Origin: an uncultured delta proteobacterium
GTDB taxonomy: Bacteria; Desulfobacterota; Desulfobaccia; Desulfobaccales; 0-14-0-80-60-11
Direction of reading: 5' to 3'
DNA: 64,000 nucleotides
Assembly: GCA_963812015.1 (NCBI GenBank)
Contig: CAWETI010000003.1
Span: 1,280,001 to 1,344,000, forward strand
This document shows positions 59,813 through 64,000 of the stretch, one piece after another. The notes under the pieces were generated by a model. The model worked only from the letters and a program-made list of their open reading frames with translations, did not search any database and was not told the DNA's origin. The translations under genes were made by a program, and so were the position numbers. Within the stretch, counting starts at the first letter, position 1; each line of letters begins with the position of its first letter.

Positions 59813-60136
59813 ATGAGTGTTAAGATTATCAGCAGAAGGCTGGATTCCCGCAAGGTTAGTATCAAGATGGTGGATGGCTCCCTGATCCACGGGAAGATCA
59901 ATCTGGCTCATGATGAAGGGGCGACCCTAAGGGTGAGCGATGTCTTCACCCAAAAAGCTGATCCTTTTATTGTGGTGTTCGATGTCACGGCGGAGGGCAA
60001 AAGCGGGAGGGTAATGATCTTAAATAAACGCAACATTGCCTGGGTATCGCCGGAAGAAGAACCGGTGCTTCAGGAAGAGGAGCACCCGCCCGAGCCGACC
60101 GGCGGTTCCCTGAAGGATCGGTTGCGGTCCACTTAG
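59813..60136 (+). CDS. Hypothetical protein (DUF6812-like)
   Basis: V.IK..DG..I.GKIN....RVSD.F....PFIV......ILNK..I.WV.P; SD GAGGT. Confidence 0.7.
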   Translation: MSVKIISRRLDSRKVSIKMVDGSLIHGKINLAHDEGATLRVSDVFTQKADPFIVVFDVTAEGKSGRVMILNKRNIAWVSPEEEPVLQEEEHPPEPTGGSLKDRLRST

Positions 60137-60283
60137 GTTGGGCGCCTATCCCGAAGTGAGCGGCATATCAGCCGGGGCCTCAGGGCCCGGCGGCCTGCCG
60201 CACCAACCCTCATCCTCCTGAAGTCCGCTCTTACTCCTTCCCAGGAAACCGGGCCCCGGCTTGCCCCGATCCTCCCTACCCGA

Positions 60284-60658
60284 TTAACTCCGGGCAATCA
60301 AAAATACCCCTAAACAGGTGACGACGATGCCCGCCAGGCGGGTGGCGCCCACCGCTTCGCCGAACATGGCCCGGGCCAGGATGGCGGTGAAGACATAGCC
60401 CAGGCTGATGAGCGGATAAGCGTAACTGACTTCCGCCTTGGACAGGACGATGAGCCAGACCATGAACCCCAGGCCATAGCAGACGAGTCCCAACAGCACA
60501 TGGAGATTGGTGGCCGCTTTGATAAAGACGGGTGGCAGGGTTGACAGGGAGAGAGAAAAATTTCCGATCTTGGCCATGCCGTATTTTAATGACAACTGAC
60601 CGGTGACATTGAGGGCCACATCCACTAAGATCAGGATGAGAACTACGTATTTGACCAT
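60284..60658 (-). CDS. SMR/EamA-like small membrane protein (ArnE/ArnF-like)
   Basis: GQL.LK.G, W...LS...VSYAYP..SL.YV, FGE; four TM segments. Confidence 0.85.
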   Translation of the reverse strand: MVKYVVLILILVDVALNVTGQLSLKYGMAKIGNFSLSLSTLPPVFIKAATNLHVLLGLVCYGLGFMVWLIVLSKAEVSYAYPLISLGYVFTAILARAMFGEAVGATRLAGIVVTCLGVFLIARS

Positions 60659-60723
60659 TACACCATTCCTTGAAATAATGAATATATATGTTAACGTCTG
60701 ATTTTCGGAAAAGTTAAGTTCCG

Positions 60724-61512
60724 ATGCAAGAAAATAATGCTCCCGGGGCCCATCCGGGCCTCACCCGGATCCAGCGCCTCGACCCCCGGACCAAGCTGCT
60801 GCTGCTGGCGGCCAGCTTCGCCATGCTGCTGTTGCCCGAGAGCCCCCAGGCGGCGGCCCTGGCGACCCTGGCGGTCCTGGTCCACGTGACCCTGGCCCGG
60901 GCCTGGCGGGCCCTCCTCCCCATCCGCTGGCTGCTGGTGGCCCTGGCCCTCTTCAGCCTGGGGGTCTGGTCCTGGATGGCTCACGGCCCCACCCCCATTT
61001 TCTGGCGAGTCAGCCGGGAATCCCTAGCCTTCGGCACGGCCAACTTTCTGAAACTGGGCGCCATGATGATAGCCGGCCTCACCCTGCTGGCCACCACCCC
61101 GGCGGAAGAACTTTTCCTGGGCCTGGTGAAGTTGCGGTTGCCGTATGCCGGGGCCTTTGCCTTTGCCCTGGCGCTGCGCTGGGTGCCCGAGATCTTCGCC
61201 ACGGCCCTGCGGGTCAAGGAGGCCCAGGAGGCCCGGGGCTTGAACTGGGAGCAGGGTAATCCCCTGGACCGCCTGAAACGGCACCTGCCTCTGCTGGCGC
61301 CGATTTTCCTCCTGACCCTGCGGCGCAGCCAGTCCATGGCGTGGGCCCTGGAGGCCCGGGGCTTCCAGATGAGCCCCCGCCGCACCTATCTCCTGGAGTT
61401 GCGGATGTCGTCCGGGGATTGGCTGGCCCTGGGGGTGGCCGCGGTTCTTCTGGCCGGGTTCATCTGCCTGCATCTGCTCCACTGGGACCGGATTCCCGGC
61501 TTGCAGCTGTGA
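60724..61512 (+). CDS. Energy-coupling factor transporter transmembrane component (EcfT)
   Basis: LDPRTKL, TT...EL..GL, ALRWVP, AQEARG, ALEARGF. Confidence 0.92.
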   Translation: MQENNAPGAHPGLTRIQRLDPRTKLLLLAASFAMLLLPESPQAAALATLAVLVHVTLARAWRALLPIRWLLVALALFSLGVWSWMAHGPTPIFWRVSRESLAFGTANFLKLGAMMIAGLTLLATTPAEELFLGLVKLRLPYAGAFAFALALRWVPEIFATALRVKEAQEARGLNWEQGNPLDRLKRHLPLLAPIFLLTLRRSQSMAWALEARGFQMSPRRTYLLELRMSSGDWLALGVAAVLLAGFICLHLLHWDRIPGLQL

Positions 61513-61728
61513 AGGAGGCGCTAGTGTTGTGCTTCGGAATTTGTATGATATAAATCTGCAGGGGTTTTACGGCAACTGCTCATAAGTCCCCTTATGGAAG
61601 GTTTTGAACCTCATAGCTATTATGAAGCACAGCCCTAAAAATGGGTTCTCTTGTCAGGAGAGAGCCGGGGGGGGCCTTAACGGCGAGTCCGGGTGGCTGT
61701 CCTCTAACGTTCCTCCCCATCTGTAAGT

Positions 61729-62847
61729 ATGATCAAAATTAACACCTTATTGAAAAACTTGGGGCTTCTCCTGTTGGGCGGCCTGGTGGCGCTGGTGGTG
61801 CTGGAACTGCTGCTCAGGGTCTACAATCCCCTGGAGATTCGCTTCAAGCCCGACCGGATCGTTTTGCCGGTCAACAAGCGCTACGTCCTCGACAACACCG
61901 GCCAGTTCACTAAGCTGCCCCCCAGGACCCTGCATACCAAAAATGGACTGGGTTTTCGGGGCGATCCGCCCCCTCCCAACTTCCGGGATTGGCTGACCAT
62001 CGTCACCATCGGCGGCAGCACCACGGAGTGCTTCTATCTCTCCGACGGCCATACCTGGCCTGACCTCCTGGGGCGGAAACTATCGCAGGCTTTTACCAAA
62101 GTATGGATCAACAACGCCGGCCTGGATGGCGCCACCACCTACCGCCACCTCATCCTGATGGAGGACTATGTCGTCAAGGTGCGCCCCAAGGTGGTGTTAT
62201 TCCTGGTGGGCATCAACGACGTGGGGGCGCCCAACCTTGACGAAGCCGAAAAGCACCGGGGGCATTATTTGAGAAATATGTGGCGCGCCCTCCTGTATCG
62301 GAGCGAGGTCTATGCCCTGGAGCAAAATATCTATCACTACTTTATAGCCCAGAGTCGGGGGTTGCGGCACACGGAGATTGATTTAAGGAAAGTCGAGGTT
62401 CTAGCGGATCTGCCGGAATCAGCGGCGCAGAAGACCTTACAAGATTACCGGGCCAACTCCCTGCCCTTTTTTGCCGCCAGGCTAAAGAAGCTCGTCAAAA
62501 TTTCCCGGGACCACGGGATTGAGCCGGTCATGATCACCCAGCCGACCCTCTACGGGCCGGGCGTCGATCCGGTCACCGGGGTTAACCTGGCGACCATCAA
62601 GCTGGGAGAGAACCTCAACGGCGGGCTTATGTTCCAGGTTGTGGATCTTTACAACGGGGTGACCCGGCAGGTGGCCGGCCAAGAGAAGGTCCTCCTCATC
62701 GACCTGGCCCGGGAACTGCCCCGGAACTCCGCCTATTACTACGACTACCTCCACTACACCGAGGCCGGGGCGAGGGCAGTGGCCGGGATTGTCGACTCGC
62801 GGCTCAAGCCCTTTCTGGCGGCCCGCTATCCCGCTTTCAAGAAATAG
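61729..62847 (+). CDS. Membrane-anchored SGNH/GDSL-family protein
   Basis: GFRG, GGSTTEC, NAGLDG, GIND, YDYLH; paralogue of 21271-22419. Confidence 0.85.
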   Translation: MIKINTLLKNLGLLLLGGLVALVVLELLLRVYNPLEIRFKPDRIVLPVNKRYVLDNTGQFTKLPPRTLHTKNGLGFRGDPPPPNFRDWLTIVTIGGSTTECFYLSDGHTWPDLLGRKLSQAFTKVWINNAGLDGATTYRHLILMEDYVVKVRPKVVLFLVGINDVGAPNLDEAEKHRGHYLRNMWRALLYRSEVYALEQNIYHYFIAQSRGLRHTEIDLRKVEVLADLPESAAQKTLQDYRANSLPFFAARLKKLVKISRDHGIEPVMITQPTLYGPGVDPVTGVNLATIKLGENLNGGLMFQVVDLYNGVTRQVAGQEKVLLIDLARELPRNSAYYYDYLHYTEAGARAVAGIVDSRLKPFLAARYPAFKK

Positions 62848-62860
62848 TGGACTCTCAATA

Positions 62861-62913
62861 GAGAGGGGAGGGCGGGGGAATTTTTCATGGGAAATCCCCC
62901 CGGCCCTCCCCTT
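62861..62913. repeat. Family A palindrome between convergent genes (possible terminator)
   Basis: AGGGGAGGGCGGGGGAATT...AAATCCCCCCGGCCCTCCCCT. Confidence 0.7.
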
Positions 62914-62938
62914 AAAATTGCCGTCCTTGATCAAGCCG

Positions 62939-64000
62939 TTATTTGGGCTCGGCCGCCAGCACCTCCGGCTCCACGTTGGAGGCGTACTTGATAAAATTCT
63001 CCCGGAAGCGGGCCGCCAGGTCCCGGGCGGTGACCTCATAGGCCTGGGGGTCGGCCCAGGTCTTCTGAGGATAGAGGATGGAATCAGGCACTCCCGGGCA
63101 TTTGGTGGGCACGGTCAGGCCGAAAAAGGGGTCCTGGTAAGTGGGGACGTCATCCAGCTTGCCGGACATGGCGGCATTTAAAAGGGCCCGGCTGTAGGCG
63201 ATTTTCATGCGATGCCCCACCCCGAAAGGTCCGCCGGTCCAGCCGGTGTTCACCAGCCAGCAGCTCGGTTTATGCTCGTTGACTTTTTCCCGGAAAAGCT
63301 TGGCATAGACCTCGGGAGGCAAGGCCAGGAATGGCGCGCCGAAGCAGGTGCTGAAGGTGACCTGGGGTTCGTTGCCCATGCCCCGCTCCGTGCCCGCCAC
63401 CTTGGCGGTGTAACCCGACAGGAAATGGTAGGCCGCCTGTTCCGGGGTCAGCCGGGCGATGGGGGGCAGGACCCCAAAGGCGTCGCAGGCCAGCATGAAG
63501 ATGTGCCGGGGGTGCTCCCCCATTCCGCCGCGCACGATGTTTTGCAGATGGGTGATGGGGTAGGCGGCCCGGGTGTTCTCGGTGAGGCTGTCGTCGTTCA
63601 GGTCCAGGCGGCGGGAGGCCAGGTCGATGCCGACATTTTCCAAAATGGTGCCAAACCGGCGGGTGCATTCGTAAATCTCCGGCTCCGCCTTGGGATTCAG
63701 CCGGATGACCTTGGCGTAGCAACCCCCCTCGAAATTGAAGATGCCCCCCTTGCCCCAGCCGTGCTCGTCATCGCCGATGAGCTTGCGCTCGGGGTCCGCA
63801 GACAGGCTGGTCTTGCCGGTCCCGGAGAGGCCGAAGAACAGGGCGGTATCCCCGCCCTGGCCTTCATTGGCCGAACAGTGCATGGACAGCACTTCCTTTT
63901 GGGGCAGATAGTAATGGAGGATGGTGAATACCGACTTCTTGATCTCCCCGGCGTAGGAGGTGCCGCCGATGATGATGAGTTTCCGGGCGAAATTGACGAT
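62939..64000 (-). CDS. pckA: Phosphoenolpyruvate carboxykinase (ATP), 5' end outside the window
   Basis: [49 protein letters not shown]; the frame is open to the window end. Confidence 0.97.
   Translation of the reverse strand: MVNFARKLIIIGGTSYAGEIKKSVFTILHYYLPQKEVLSMHCSANEGQGGDTALFFGLSGTGKTSLSADPERKLIGDDEHGWGKGGIFNFEGGCYAKVIRLNPKAEPEIYECTRRFGTILENVGIDLASRRLDLNDDSLTENTRAAYPITHLQNIVRGGMGEHPRHIFMLACDAFGVLPPIARLTPEQAAYHFLSGYTAKVAGTERGMGNEPQVTFSTCFGAPFLALPPEVYAKLFREKVNEHKPSCWLVNTGWTGGPFGVGHRMKIAYSRALLNAAMSGKLDDVPTYQDPFFGLTVPTKCPGVPDSILYPQKTWADPQAYEVTARDLAARFRENFIKYASNVEPEVLAAEPK

Overview
A mostly GC-rich 64 kb bacterial window. Gene content (MvhD, a double-cubane reductase, YedF, full lipid A/LPS-core genes) suggests an anaerobic Desulfobacterota/Desulfobaccales-like organism; this is inference. 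It is dominated by cell-envelope genes. (1) <1-6061 (-): one tightly overlapping operon of a serine palmitoyltransferase-like enzyme, a MacB-type permease, an ABC ATPase, TolC, a membrane fusion protein and a YghO/bCerS-like GNAT protein that the ORF track missed. This is a candidate sphingolipid synthesis plus export system. (2) 8-21 kb: a glycan/lipid tailoring cluster (O-antigen ligase-like protein, GT2, GT4 x2, MJ1255-type GT, GT21/HpnI-like GT, WalW-like deacetylase, Zn dehydrogenase, radical SAM/SPASM enzyme, Wzx flippase). (3) 21-27 kb: SGNH proteins plus an SxtJ/SxtK/SxtI-like carbamoyltransferase triad, whose 49-aa peptide ends in a DltX-like FIYxxF motif. (4) nadE and miscellaneous genes. 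(5) 34-49 kb: an LPS operon (msbA, glgP, lpxK, waaF, gmhB, waaC, ycaR, kdtX-like, a divergent lpxA, waaQ, waaG-like) interrupted by an AT-rich gene with a proteasome-type Thr1/Asp17/Lys33 signature. (6) 49.8-55.2 kb: a MauE-rhodanese-MvhD-double cubane reductase-activase-YedF gene run. Upstream is a leader with a near-perfect Shine-Dalgarno, a 12-codon uORF ending in UGA and a SECIS-like hairpin. (7) mscS, a lytic transglycosylase, mtaD-like, EcfT, an SGNH protein and partial pckA. Three pseudogene/remnant loci and several families of short palindromic intergenic repeats are present. No rRNA, tRNA, CRISPR array, integrase or transposase was seen. All product calls come from motif recognition by eye, not database searches.
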